Below, in pieces: positions 8,388-17,091 of a DNA stretch of 44,364 nucleotides; the stretch's first letter is position 1, and each line of letters starts with the position of its first letter. Both the position numbers and the translations under genes were made by a program. This stretch comes from a virus, in the IMG/VR virus record IMGVR_UViG_3300024268_000128; one strand, written 5' to 3'. The notes under the pieces are model-generated. The model saw nothing but the letters and a program-made list of their open reading frames with translations. It was not told the origin of the DNA and did no database searches.

Positions 8388-9805
8388 TGTACCGGGTGTA
8401 TTGTGACGGCTTAACCCTGTATAACGATAAGTTAGAAAACTTGAAGCTGCTTAACCCTGCCGTGGAGCTTGAGGAAAACAAAACAGGTTCCTTTACATTT
8501 GGACTGCTGCCAGATCATCCTTGTTATAACCTGATTAACAAGCTGAAAAGCATTATCACGGTTCATCAGGATGATTATCTGCTGTTTAGGGGCAGGGTGC
8601 TGGATGACACTATTGGATGGCATAAGCAAAAGACGGTTACCTGTGAAGGCGAACTGTCTTTTTTGCTGGATAGCATCCAGCGACCTTACGACTACAGCGG
8701 CACGGTGGCTGGGTTCCTTGAATTGCTTATCACCCGGCACAATGAGCAGGTGGAAGCGTCAAAGCGGTTCGCTGTGGGAAATGTGACCGTTACAGATGCA
8801 AATGATTACATTGTACGTTCAAACATAGACCATACCGACACATGGACGGAGCTTCAAAAGAAGTTGATTGACCTGCTGGGCGGCTATATCGTGGTTCGCC
8901 ATGAAGGGAAAATCAACTATATTGATTACTTGCAAGATATTAACCTGCTATCCTCTCAGGCTATCACCTTTGGGCGCAACCTGCTTGACTTGAAACGCAT
9001 CCGAAAAGGGGCTGACATTGCAACGGCGGTCATTCCCCTTGGTGCAAAACTGAGGGATGCAGAGGACAAGGAAACCGATACCCGGCTGACCATCGAAAGC
9101 GTGAACAATGGGCTTGATTACATCGTTGATGAGGATGCACAAGCACAGTATGGGTCTATTGTCAAGACGGTCACTTTTGACGATGTAACGGAGCCACAAA
9201 ACCTGTTGACCAAGGGGAAAGCACATCTTGCTGAACTTGTCAACCTGCCAGAAACCATTGAGCTTACGGCGGCTGACCTTGCTACAGTGGACACGGCTTT
9301 TTCATCCTTCCACCTTGGAACACAGGTACGGGTGACAAGCCAGCCCCACGGCATAAATCAGCTTTTCCGGGTTAGTAAGCTGTCAATCTCACTGCTGAAT
9401 CCGGCTGCAAATAAGCTGACCTTGGGCGGGTTGCTGGACACATTCTCATCCAAAACAAGCAAAACGATTGTTCACATACCAAAAGATGGACGGGATGGTC
9501 AAGATGCTGTAACCTTGCGGATTGATTCCAGCCGGGGAACAGTATTTAAAAACAGCGAGGTTTCCACCACTCTAAAGGTTGTTATCTTCAAGGGTGGGAA
9601 AACCATCACGGATGCGGCTTCTATGATGGCTGAGTTCGGGAGCAATGCCTATCTGGAATGGCAATGGCAACGCATGGGGGAAGAAACCTTCGGGACGATA
9701 TTGGCAACTGACAGCCGTATATCTGACGAAGGTTTTTCACTGTCGCTCTCACCAAGCGATGTGGATACAAAGGTTGTTTTCAAATGTCAACTGGTAACGG
9801 AATGA
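8387..9805 (+). CDS. Tail tip protein (Tal-like), copy 2, with collagen-like and Ig-like C-terminal module
   Basis: 472 aa with an ATGTAATG overlap onto Dit2. The N-terminus is paralogous to 5552-7321. The C-terminal segment DGRDGQDAVTLRIDSSRGTVFKNSEVSTTLKVVIFKGG is repeated in the next ORF. Confidence 0.75.
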   Translation: MYRVYCDGLTLYNDKLENLKLLNPAVELEENKTGSFTFGLLPDHPCYNLINKLKSIITVHQDDYLLFRGRVLDDTIGWHKQKTVTCEGELSFLLDSIQRPYDYSGTVAGFLELLITRHNEQVEASKRFAVGNVTVTDANDYIVRSNIDHTDTWTELQKKLIDLLGGYIVVRHEGKINYIDYLQDINLLSSQAITFGRNLLDLKRIRKGADIATAVIPLGAKLRDAEDKETDTRLTIESVNNGLDYIVDEDAQAQYGSIVKTVTFDDVTEPQNLLTKGKAHLAELVNLPETIELTAADLATVDTAFSSFHLGTQVRVTSQPHGINQLFRVSKLSISLLNPAANKLTLGGLLDTFSSKTSKTIVHIPKDGRDGQDAVTLRIDSSRGTVFKNSEVSTTLKVVIFKGGKTITDAASMMAEFGSNAYLEWQWQRMGEETFGTILATDSRISDEGFSLSLSPSDVDTKVVFKCQLVTE

Positions 9806-9827
9806 TTACAAAGAAAGGAGATTATCT

Positions 9828-10472
9828 ATGGCAATCAAATCGGTAGACCAAATTTCCATCGTTGATGTAACGGACGCTTATTCCGTTATTCTGACTTCTG
9901 AAACGCATGCTTTCTTAGGTTCGACCAATGCAGCCAAAGCGGGTTCGACAACCACACAGATTGTTGCTTTGCAGGGTGCAACACAGGTAGCTTGCAGTGT
10001 TACGGTATCGGAAATCACAAAGCCAGCAGGCGTGACGGTTTCTTCTGATAGCAACGCCACATCGCCTACTTTGACTATCTCCGTTACCACGAGCGTTACA
10101 ACGGGCGGTGTCATCAAAATTCCTGTCCACATCGGGGATATTACCATTACAAAGGAATTTACCTTCACGATTGCCTTTACTGGCTCCACGGGTGCGAAGG
10201 GTGCGACTGGTGATGCTGGTGCTGATGCAATCACGCTGTCCATCACATCCAGCAATGGCACAATCTTCAAAAACAGTGCCATTGAAACGGTGCTGACTGC
10301 CCATGTGTACAAAGCTGGTGCGGAACTGAATGCAACCCAAATTGCAGCACTTGGCACTATCAAATGGTACAAGGATGGTGCTGAAACGGCGGTTGGAACG
10401 GGTGCAACGCTGACCATTGATGCAGGGGATGTGAGCCACAAAGCAAGCTATGTAGCACAGTTGGAGGGATGA
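9828..10472 (+). CDS. Tail fibre / baseplate-associated structural protein (Ig-like repeats)
   Basis: 214 aa. Contains GAKGATGDAGADAITLSITSSNGTIFKNSAIETVLTAHVYKAG, homologous to the C-terminus of Tal copy 2. Confidence 0.6.
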   Translation: MAIKSVDQISIVDVTDAYSVILTSETHAFLGSTNAAKAGSTTTQIVALQGATQVACSVTVSEITKPAGVTVSSDSNATSPTLTISVTTSVTTGGVIKIPVHIGDITITKEFTFTIAFTGSTGAKGATGDAGADAITLSITSSNGTIFKNSAIETVLTAHVYKAGAELNATQIAALGTIKWYKDGAETAVGTGATLTIDAGDVSHKASYVAQLEG

Positions 10473-10475
10473 CCT

Positions 10476-11378
10476 ATGGCTGTAAAAGCGGCGGGGCAGA
10501 TTACGCTTTCAAGCGTGGTCGATGTGCTTGCAACATATCGGTATTATCTGCTTCAGTCATCCACGGCGGCTATCCCTTCAAAACCGACAACCTTTCCACC
10601 TGCAAGTGCGTGGGATGATACCGAACCGGGATATACCGAAGGCAGCACCAACAGCCTGTACACGGTGGATTGCACGGTGTTCAGTGATGAATCCTTCCTG
10701 TATTCGTCCGTGTCCTTGTCATCCAGTTATGAAGCGGCAAAAGCGGCTTATAACAGGGCTACAAATGCCCTTCTGCATACGGTGGTACAGAGTGCAACAG
10801 CACCAACGGCAACTACTTATATGTGGCTGGATACAAGCGCAGAACCGCCAGCACTGAAGCGGTATGACACGGAAACGGCGGCATGGGTGGTTGTTAATGA
10901 TGCATCTGAAATTGTTTACAATCTGGAACAGAATCTTGAATCATCCATCACCAAAAGTGCAGAGGACATCACGGCGAAGGTTGCGGAAAGTTATTCTTTG
11001 AAGGAAGATACGGAAGCCCTTGTTTCGGAAGTCAGCACACAACTGAGCTTGACAAAGGGCAGCTTCGACATCCAATTTGAGCAGTTCGGCGCAGACATTG
11101 CGGCTGTTGCGGCTGGAACGGATGCAGAATTTGAAGAAATCCGCAAATTTATTAGATTTGTGGACGGTAAGATTCTGCTGGGTGAGGTTGGTAACGAGCT
11201 TGAATTGGTGATAGCCAATGACCGCATATCCTTCTTGCAGGATGGTGCGGAAGTGGCTTATTTCAGCAATCGAAAACTGTATGTTACAGATGCGCAATTT
11301 TTGCACAGCCTGCAACTGGGCAGCTTTGCATTTATGCCACGGGCAAATGGCAATCTCTCTTTCAAAAAATCTAACTAA
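10476..11378 (+). CDS. Tail fibre / minor structural protein
   Basis: 300 aa in the tail module. The N-terminus (YRYYLLQSSTAAIPSKPTT..WDDTEP) is typical of Firmicutes prophage tail proteins. The C-terminal half looks coiled-coil. Confidence 0.6.
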   Translation: MAVKAAGQITLSSVVDVLATYRYYLLQSSTAAIPSKPTTFPPASAWDDTEPGYTEGSTNSLYTVDCTVFSDESFLYSSVSLSSSYEAAKAAYNRATNALLHTVVQSATAPTATTYMWLDTSAEPPALKRYDTETAAWVVVNDASEIVYNLEQNLESSITKSAEDITAKVAESYSLKEDTEALVSEVSTQLSLTKGSFDIQFEQFGADIAAVAAGTDAEFEEIRKFIRFVDGKILLGEVGNELELVIANDRISFLQDGAEVAYFSNRKLYVTDAQFLHSLQLGSFAFMPRANGNLSFKKSN

Positions 11379-11445
11379 AAAAGGCTTTATTTAGTTAGCG
11401 TAGTTTGCGGCTTAATTAAAGGAAATCGCCTTTTGCTTTATTTAC

Positions 11446-11497
11446 GGAATGATAGGTCATTTTCTTGACCCCACGAAAATGATAAAGGGGCGGGAGC
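11446..11497 (+). promoter_or_regulatory. Conserved leader element, copy C
   Basis: GGAATGATAGG, then TTTT, then CTTGACCCC, then AAGGGGCGGGAG immediately before the ATG at 11498. CCCC (11469-11472) can pair with GGGG (11487-11490). Confidence 0.45.
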
Positions 11498-13561
11498 ATG
11501 GCAGCATCAGGCACTATACAGCAAGCAATCAGGACGGGCTATCGGTTGCAAATTGCATGGGAGGTCACCTCTCAATCAGTCGCAAACAACACATCCAGCG
11601 TTACAGCAAAGGTGCAGCTTGTTTCCACGGGCAGCAGTTACACCATCAACAGCAGCGCAAGCAAAAGCGGCAGTTTGACCATCAACGGGACGAAATACAG
11701 CTTTACCTTCACGGCTGCATTGTCTGGCAACCAGACCAAAACCATCTATACAAAAACGGTCACGGTTGCCCATGCATCAGACGGCACGAAAACCTGTGCT
11801 TTTTCGGCAACGGCGGGTATCAATGTTACCCTGTCGGGGACTTACTACGGCAACATTACGGCAAGCGGAAACGGCACGTTTAACACCATTGCAAGGGCAT
11901 CCAGCATTAGCAGCGTGACAAGCTCCGTAAGCGTGAACGGAACCAATGTCGTTACGGTCAACATCAGCCGTAAAAGTGACAGCTTTACACATACCGTTGT
12001 ATTCAGCTTTGGAAGCTATTCTAAGACCAATACAAGCGTAGGGACAAGTACATCCTATGCCATACCCACAAGCTGGTTAAACGCCATTCCTAACGCTACC
12101 AGCGGCACAGCAAAGGTGACTGTCACCACCTATTCTGGAAGTACCAAGATAGGCAGCGCAGTATCCAAAAACTTTACGCTTACGGTTCCGGCATCCGTTG
12201 TGCCTACCATCGGTAGTGTAGCCGTAAACGACACGACAACCCATCAGGCCACGTTTGGAAACATGGTGCAAAGCAAAAGCAAACCGAAGTGGACGATAAC
12301 AGCAAGCGGGGCGTATAGTTCCACCATCAAAACCTACAAGACGGAGTTTGAAGGGAAAAGCTATTCCGGTGCAACGCCTACTGGATCAACTATCACGGGC
12401 AGCGGAACGGTAACGGCGAAAATCACGGTAACGGATAGCCGGGGCAGGACTGCAACCACGAACAAAACATGGACAGTGGTTGCCTATACTGCGCCCAAAA
12501 TCATTAGCTTTCAGGGCTTCCGTTGCCTTGTGGACGGAACCGAAAACTACGAAGGTACATATCTGAGTGCTGCTGTCAACTTTTCTGTTTCGGCAGTAAA
12601 TAATAAGAATACAAGCAGCTATGTCATTGAATACAAGCTGCAAACAGCCACGGCTTGGACAACCTTGACAAGCGGGAGCGTTTATGCATTGAACGATACC
12701 ATCATCAGCGCATCCGGGGCTTTTGGCGTGGATAACAGCTTTGACATTCGCCTATCCGTGACTGATTCTTTCGGCACGGTCAGAAGCACGTTTGAGATAC
12801 CAACGGCATTCACCCTGCTGGACTTCAACAAGTCAGGCCGGGCTTTAGCCTTTGGCAAGGTGTCAGAGTTGACAGAGGGTATAGAATTTGCTTTGCCAAC
12901 GGTATTCAGCCATGCAGAAACGCCCAATTCCCCGATTTACCTTCAGACTGGGCAAGACCTCAATGACCTTCTGGAACCGGGGTATTATGCCATTCCAAAT
13001 ACAGCAGTCAGCACTACGCTATTAAACAAACCTTGGGCAGCGAATGCAACTGGCGGCGTGTATGTGCTGGTTGAAGGTGACGGCATGGGCAAGGTTCAGA
13101 TTGCGCACAGGCTTTCCAAGGATGACGGGGAAATATACGAACGAAGCTATTATCAAAGCGAATGGGGAAATTGGTACAGGGTACACGGTGGCAGAGGGAA
13201 AATCCTTTGGTCTGGCGGCTATTATATGACAGCAAGCCACACTATAACCCTATCGGAAAAGGTCAGCCAGCAGCCGTCCGGCATCGTGCTTGTGTTTAGC
13301 CGTTATTCTGGCGGTGCAGCGCAAAACTATCATTGGAACGAATTTTTTGTATCCAAAGAGTGGGTCAGACGGCATCCGGGAACGGGTCACTCATTCATGA
13401 TGACGAATGATGGCCTGTTTGGCCTTATGGCTTCAAAGTATCTATACATCCATGATGACAAGATTGGTGGTAACGATGTAAACGGCGAATCGGGAACAGG
13501 GGCAAGCGGTATCATTTACAACAATGCAGGTTTTGTCCTGCGCTATGTTATCGGTGTATAA
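11498..13561 (+). CDS. Large tail host-recognition protein (DUF859-like N-terminal repeats)
   Basis: 687 aa and the last large ORF of the tail operon. The N-terminal half is Ser/Thr-rich and beta-rich (SLTINGTKYSFTF, TAKVTVTTYSGSTKIG), with a distinct C-terminal globular part. Confidence 0.6.
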   Translation: MAASGTIQQAIRTGYRLQIAWEVTSQSVANNTSSVTAKVQLVSTGSSYTINSSASKSGSLTINGTKYSFTFTAALSGNQTKTIYTKTVTVAHASDGTKTCAFSATAGINVTLSGTYYGNITASGNGTFNTIARASSISSVTSSVSVNGTNVVTVNISRKSDSFTHTVVFSFGSYSKTNTSVGTSTSYAIPTSWLNAIPNATSGTAKVTVTTYSGSTKIGSAVSKNFTLTVPASVVPTIGSVAVNDTTTHQATFGNMVQSKSKPKWTITASGAYSSTIKTYKTEFEGKSYSGATPTGSTITGSGTVTAKITVTDSRGRTATTNKTWTVVAYTAPKIISFQGFRCLVDGTENYEGTYLSAAVNFSVSAVNNKNTSSYVIEYKLQTATAWTTLTSGSVYALNDTIISASGAFGVDNSFDIRLSVTDSFGTVRSTFEIPTAFTLLDFNKSGRALAFGKVSELTEGIEFALPTVFSHAETPNSPIYLQTGQDLNDLLEPGYYAIPNTAVSTTLLNKPWAANATGGVYVLVEGDGMGKVQIAHRLSKDDGEIYERSYYQSEWGNWYRVHGGRGKILWSGGYYMTASHTITLSEKVSQQPSGIVLVFSRYSGGAAQNYHWNEFFVSKEWVRRHPGTGHSFMMTNDGLFGLMASKYLYIHDDKIGGNDVNGESGTGASGIIYNNAGFVLRYVIGV

Positions 13562-13588
13562 AAATCAAAAGAAAAGGGATGAGGGGCT

Positions 13589-13834
13589 ATGGAAACCATT
13601 ATTTCTGCGGCTATCACGGGTGGACTTGCTTTAATTGGCGTTATCATCACGACCATGCAAAGCAGCAGAAAAATCGAAAGGAAACTGGAAATCCATCAGG
13701 CCGTGACTGACCAAAAGATTGAGGATTTGACACGGGAAGTAAGAGAACATAATAACTTCGCAAGGCGAATGCCTGCCCTTGAACAGAAGGTGGAAGGCAT
13801 TGATGAAAAAATCAATATCTTGCATAAGCAATAA
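13589..13834 (+). CDS. BhlA/UviB-like holin-family protein (N-terminal TM helix plus coiled coil)
   Basis: 81 aa with TM segment ETIISAAITGGLALIGVIITT followed by a charged helical tail. It sits at the end of the tail operon where lysis genes usually lie. Confidence 0.55.
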   Translation: METIISAAITGGLALIGVIITTMQSSRKIERKLEIHQAVTDQKIEDLTREVREHNNFARRMPALEQKVEGIDEKINILHKQ

Positions 13835-13838
13835 AAAG

Positions 13839-13868
13839 AGCCGGGGAACTAACCCCGGCTTCTTTTTT
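13839..13868. terminator. Bidirectional intrinsic terminator
   Basis: AGCCGGGG aactaa CCCCGGCT, flanked by an A-run upstream and TCTTTTTT downstream. Lies between convergent genes. Confidence 0.75.
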
Positions 13869-14559
13869 ATGGCAAGCGGATGACGAAAAAATCATCTTCG
13901 TTCGCTGTATATCCAGCCTGATTATTTGCGTGATAGTATATCCTATTGGCAATAATGTCTGCGGCACGAATAAGCGTTTTTTTGCCAGAATTGCAGTAAT
14001 GCAAGTTTACTATCTTGAGTTCCGGGAAGATTGGCGGGTAGAACGTGCTGAAATATTCATTATAAGTGCCGTTCTTAAATTCTTGCTCAAGCCCTTCACG
14101 GAGTTCATAACATCCGTTTGTTGCCGTTGTGTGTTCATCCACATAGAAATTGAGCGTTTCAACTTTATTGGGATCAATGATTCCTTCCCGAATAAGTTTT
14201 TGAAATAGGCGTTTTACTGCAATCTTATATGCATAATCTTGATAGCGTTGCTTATCTTTTTTGCTTGTAAATATACGATCAAGCACGTTCTGCTGGTCAA
14301 TGATTACACCAAATCGGTACTTGCTATTAAGAGAACGAAAGAGCTTTCTTCTGTTTTTGTTATTAAGTGAAGATGCTTTGGCTTCCTGAGTTCTTTCCAT
14401 CTTTGCACTTGTTTTAACATCATTTTCAGCCTTGATGTATTTTCGTGCGCATTCGTCACGTTCCTCTTTGGAAAGAAACATGATTCCACCAAAGACAAAA
14501 TAACGATTGTGGGCTTTATCGAAAACGCCAGATTCGTCAGAATAGATGTAAATATCCAT
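13867..14559 (-). CDS. DUF3800-like protein (moron; candidate accessory or defence gene)
   Basis: 230 aa from the Met at 14559. The N-terminal MDIYIYSDESGVF...YFVFGG matches the DUF3800 hallmark (IY.DESG). The 291-aa extension to 14742 lacks an RBS and contains a terminator hairpin. Confidence 0.65.
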   Translation of the reverse strand: MDIYIYSDESGVFDKAHNRYFVFGGIMFLSKEERDECARKYIKAENDVKTSAKMERTQEAKASSLNNKNRRKLFRSLNSKYRFGVIIDQQNVLDRIFTSKKDKQRYQDYAYKIAVKRLFQKLIREGIIDPNKVETLNFYVDEHTTATNGCYELREGLEQEFKNGTYNEYFSTFYPPIFPELKIVNLHYCNSGKKTLIRAADIIANRIYYHANNQAGYTANEDDFFVIRLP

Positions 14560-14576
14560 AAGCCAATGCCTTTCGT

Positions 14577-14602
14577 AAACAAAAAAGCCGCTTTGCAGCG
14601 GC
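14577..14602 (-). terminator. Intrinsic terminator 18 nt upstream of the DUF3800-like start codon (possible attenuator)
   Basis: On the minus strand: GCCGCT gcaa AGCGGC followed by TTTTTTGTTT. Confidence 0.55.
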
Positions 14603-14685
14603 CCCGTGTCCGGCGATAGCACATACCGCTTAAACTTCCGTTCGGTTGCACAGGTGTACAGTGGGATGATGTCCCCTGCGAGAGT

Positions 14686-14714
14686 ATAATACGCCAAATG
14701 AACGAGAAAAACAA
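14686..14714 (-). promoter_or_regulatory. Candidate promoter for the DUF3800-like gene leader
   Basis: On the minus strand: TTGTTT, 17 nt, TATTAT. Confidence 0.3.
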
Positions 14715-14745
14715 TGTACAGAATGGTAATAATGATGCACATGAA

Positions 14746-14776
14746 AAGCAGGGGATTGCTCCCCTGCTTCTTTTTT
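14746..14776. terminator. Bidirectional intrinsic terminator
   Basis: AAGCAGGGG attgct CCCCTGCTT, then CTTTTTT. Lies immediately 3' of the minus-strand gene ending at 14775. Confidence 0.7.
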
Positions 14777-15032
14777 ATGCTGTGCCTTTTTTCTCTTTGT
14801 CCTTCTTCCCGACAATCTTTATACCATAATCTTTCCGCTTTGCGCTGCCCATCTGCCCATATCCACCAAGTGCCTTGTCAATGGCGTTGAGTGCGCAATA
14901 ATGGCTGGCGTACAAATTGTCATCCCCCGGAATGGTTGTAGTCCATCCTTCAGGTGAACCATATATCATATGGTCACGATACTTCACGGGCTTATAATTT
15001 TTTGGTTTGCTGTCTTTCCATACTACTCTCAT
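14775..15032 (-). CDS. Small basic protein of unknown function (moron next to the attachment site)
   Basis: 85 aa from the ATG at 15032 with TAGGAGG SD, and a TATTAT -10-like hexamer about 30 nt upstream. Has a lysine-rich C-terminal tail. The longer 123-aa ORF has no RBS. Confidence 0.65.
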   Translation of the reverse strand: MRVVWKDSKPKNYKPVKYRDHMIYGSPEGWTTTIPGDDNLYASHYCALNAIDKALGGYGQMGSAKRKDYGIKIVGKKDKEKKGTA

Positions 15033-15084
15033 CTTGTGTTTCCTCCTAAATATGCTATAATAGCAGCGTTTTAACGTTGGCTTC

Positions 15085-15143
15085 AGTCGGTATCTATCAT
15101 TGGGGTGATGTAAATGATGCACACCCATCATACAAACCGACTG
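15085..15143. other. Candidate attP: long imperfect inverted repeat
   Basis: 24-bp arms at 15085-15108 and 15120-15143 match at 19/24 positions, with a perfect outer 8 bp (CAGTCGGT / ACCGACTG) and an 11-bp centre. It sits between the serine-integrase side of the genome and the boundary of the xth-homologous fragment. Confidence 0.45.
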
Positions 15144-15151
15144 CAAAAAGA

Positions 15152-15496
15152 AAACCTATCATCATTTGCGGTGACCTAAACGTTGCGGCAAGCGACATTG
15201 ACCTTAAAAATCCGAAGGCCAACCGAAACAATGCAGGGTTTACAGATCAGGAACGGGAAGCCTTTCAAAGTTTGCTTGGCAGTGGCTTTGTGGATGCGTA
15301 CCGCTATTTGTATCCTGATAAGGTCGAATATTCGTGGTGGTCTTATATGCGCAATGCAAGGGCGAATAATGCCGGATGGCGCATTGACTATTTTCTGGTG
15401 TCCGATTGGGCGGCAGACCGTATAAAGGAATGCCGGATTGATACGGACATTTACGGGTCAGACCATGCGCCCATTTCACTTGAGATAGACATCTAA
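15152..15496 (+). pseudogene. xth: Exodeoxyribonuclease III (Xth/ExoA) 3' fragment, about 115 C-terminal codons only
   Basis: KPIIICGDLNVAASDIDLKNPKANRNNAGFTDQEREAF...WWSY...GWRIDYFLVS...GSDHAPISLEI matches the C-terminal half of ExoIII-family nucleases. There is no N-terminal half, no ATG and no RBS. The 3' end overlaps the integrase 3' end by 21 nt. Confidence 0.8.
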
Positions 15497-17059
15497 GATA
15501 AATTCTTCGTTGTTTTCCCGGCTGTATTCGATTTTGTCAACAATGGCCTTCAGGTACTTGTTTTTGTCCTCTGCTTCAAGTGTAGGGTCTTGCAGGGCGT
15601 TGAGGGCATCGGTCAACTTGACAATCTTATCTGCATATTCCTCCTGCTCAGGGATTGCCGTTTCAAGGGCAGCTATTTGATCCTGAATGGCTGCAAGGCG
15701 TTCGTTGTGCTTGGCCTTACGTTCAACAAATTCATTAGCTGTGTAAACTTCATCTTCATAATCGTCAAAGAGCTTGTCCAGCTTACGTTTGACCTTGCGC
15801 ATTTCCTTTTGCAAGGCTTCAATCTGCAAGGTAACAGCATCTTCATTGACGGACGGCAGACCTTCCAGTTTTAACTCAAAATCTTCAATATACAGGCGAA
15901 GCGAATGTTCAACGGCATTCAACACATCTTCGGCAAGGGCAGATTTTACTTTGCACAGTTGCACAAACGGATGGCAGAAGCGGGGAGAAGTACCCGGCCT
16001 GTGATTGTTTGATTGGTAGTGCATGACCTTTCCGCATTTTTGGCAGGTAAGCAGGCCAGCAAGAACGTTCGTTAGTTTTAGATTGGCCTTTGTCCTGTCC
16101 GGCTTATGATCCTTGTTCGCAAGGTGGAAAACTTCTTCGGTAACGGCTGCTTTATCTTTATGGATGCCGTCATAAACCATATAATGCTCCGTGTGATTGG
16201 AACGAGGGCGGCTTGTTTTCAACTGTCCATCAGCCATAACTTTCACCTGCATTCTATCATTCCAGCGAACCTTGCCCATATTGACGGGGTTTGCAAGAAC
16301 TGTTTTGACTGTTTCCTTTGACCATTCTTTTGATTTCCCTGTGTAAGTCGGCACACCCATGTTTGTTAGGCGTTTGGCTATGGCGTGAGTTGTCAGGCCT
16401 TCCACCTTCCATGCATACATCAACTTGACAATTTCGTATTCATCGGCCTTTGGTGTAAGTGTGCGTCTTTTGCCTACTTCGACCACATCCCAGCCGTAAG
16501 GACGATAAGAGGACATGTATTCGCCTTCAACGATACATTGCAGCTTGCCCCGGTTCATACGCTTGTTAATCATCTTGTATTCACGGCGGGACATGAACAA
16601 TTCAAATTCCATGTATTCTTCATCGTCTGAATTGTGTGCAATGTCATATGTTTTTGTAGGAGTGACAACCAAAACGCCATTGTTCATGTTGCTGTATTTC
16701 AAGCAATCCATGATTACCTGTGCGTCCCCTTGGCTACCACGGGAAAGACGGGTAACTTCAACGATGATAATTCCTTTGTACAGTCCAGCATAGCAATCTT
16801 TGATAAGCTGCTGGATTTCTGGCCTGCCTTCAATGGATTCAGCACCAGACACGACTTCCTGATAGATTTTACCGACATACAAGCCCTTTTTAGCTGCAAG
16901 GTCGGTCAATATTTTCTTATGCTTTTTCAGCGTTTCTTCAACGGATTCTTCCGGGTCATCGGAACGGCTTTTTCTCAGATAGATAGCATAGACATCCATG
17001 CTTGTTGGTTTAAGTGCTTCAAACGTTTCTATAACTCTTTGTTTCTCAAATACTGTCAT
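15476..17059 (-). CDS. Large serine recombinase (integrase)
   Basis: 527 aa with an N-terminal resolvase domain (YAIYLRKSRSDD, VVEVTRLSRGS), a recombinase domain, a zinc ribbon (CQKCGKVMHY) and a C-terminal coiled coil. Confidence 0.9.
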   Translation of the reverse strand: MTVFEKQRVIETFEALKPTSMDVYAIYLRKSRSDDPEESVEETLKKHKKILTDLAAKKGLYVGKIYQEVVSGAESIEGRPEIQQLIKDCYAGLYKGIIIVEVTRLSRGSQGDAQVIMDCLKYSNMNNGVLVVTPTKTYDIAHNSDDEEYMEFELFMSRREYKMINKRMNRGKLQCIVEGEYMSSYRPYGWDVVEVGKRRTLTPKADEYEIVKLMYAWKVEGLTTHAIAKRLTNMGVPTYTGKSKEWSKETVKTVLANPVNMGKVRWNDRMQVKVMADGQLKTSRPRSNHTEHYMVYDGIHKDKAAVTEEVFHLANKDHKPDRTKANLKLTNVLAGLLTCQKCGKVMHYQSNNHRPGTSPRFCHPFVQLCKVKSALAEDVLNAVEHSLRLYIEDFELKLEGLPSVNEDAVTLQIEALQKEMRKVKRKLDKLFDDYEDEVYTANEFVERKAKHNERLAAIQDQIAALETAIPEQEEYADKIVKLTDALNALQDPTLEAEDKNKYLKAIVDKIEYSRENNEEFILDVYLK

Positions 17060-17091
17060 TTCCTCACTTCATTTCTAATAGTGTAGTTGTT

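Noticed and set aside
11449-11883. 144-aa ORF overlapping the start of the 687-aa tail gene
   Set aside because: It is out of frame within a much longer, compositionally coherent structural gene. Its Met lies inside the conserved leader element, with no SD.
14560-14742. N-terminal 61-aa extension giving a 291-aa TM-anchored version of the DUF3800-like protein
   Set aside because: There is no SD before the ATG at 14742, which directly abuts a terminator hairpin. The extension also contains a second terminator and a promoter-like sequence. The DUF3800 hallmark starts at the internal Met at 14559.
15077-15151. TTG start at 15077 making the ExoIII fragment a 139-aa gene
   Set aside because: There is no RBS. 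The upstream 25 codons are not ExoIII-like and coincide with the inverted repeat and a divergent promoter. The nuclease N-terminal half, which carries catalytic residues, is missing.
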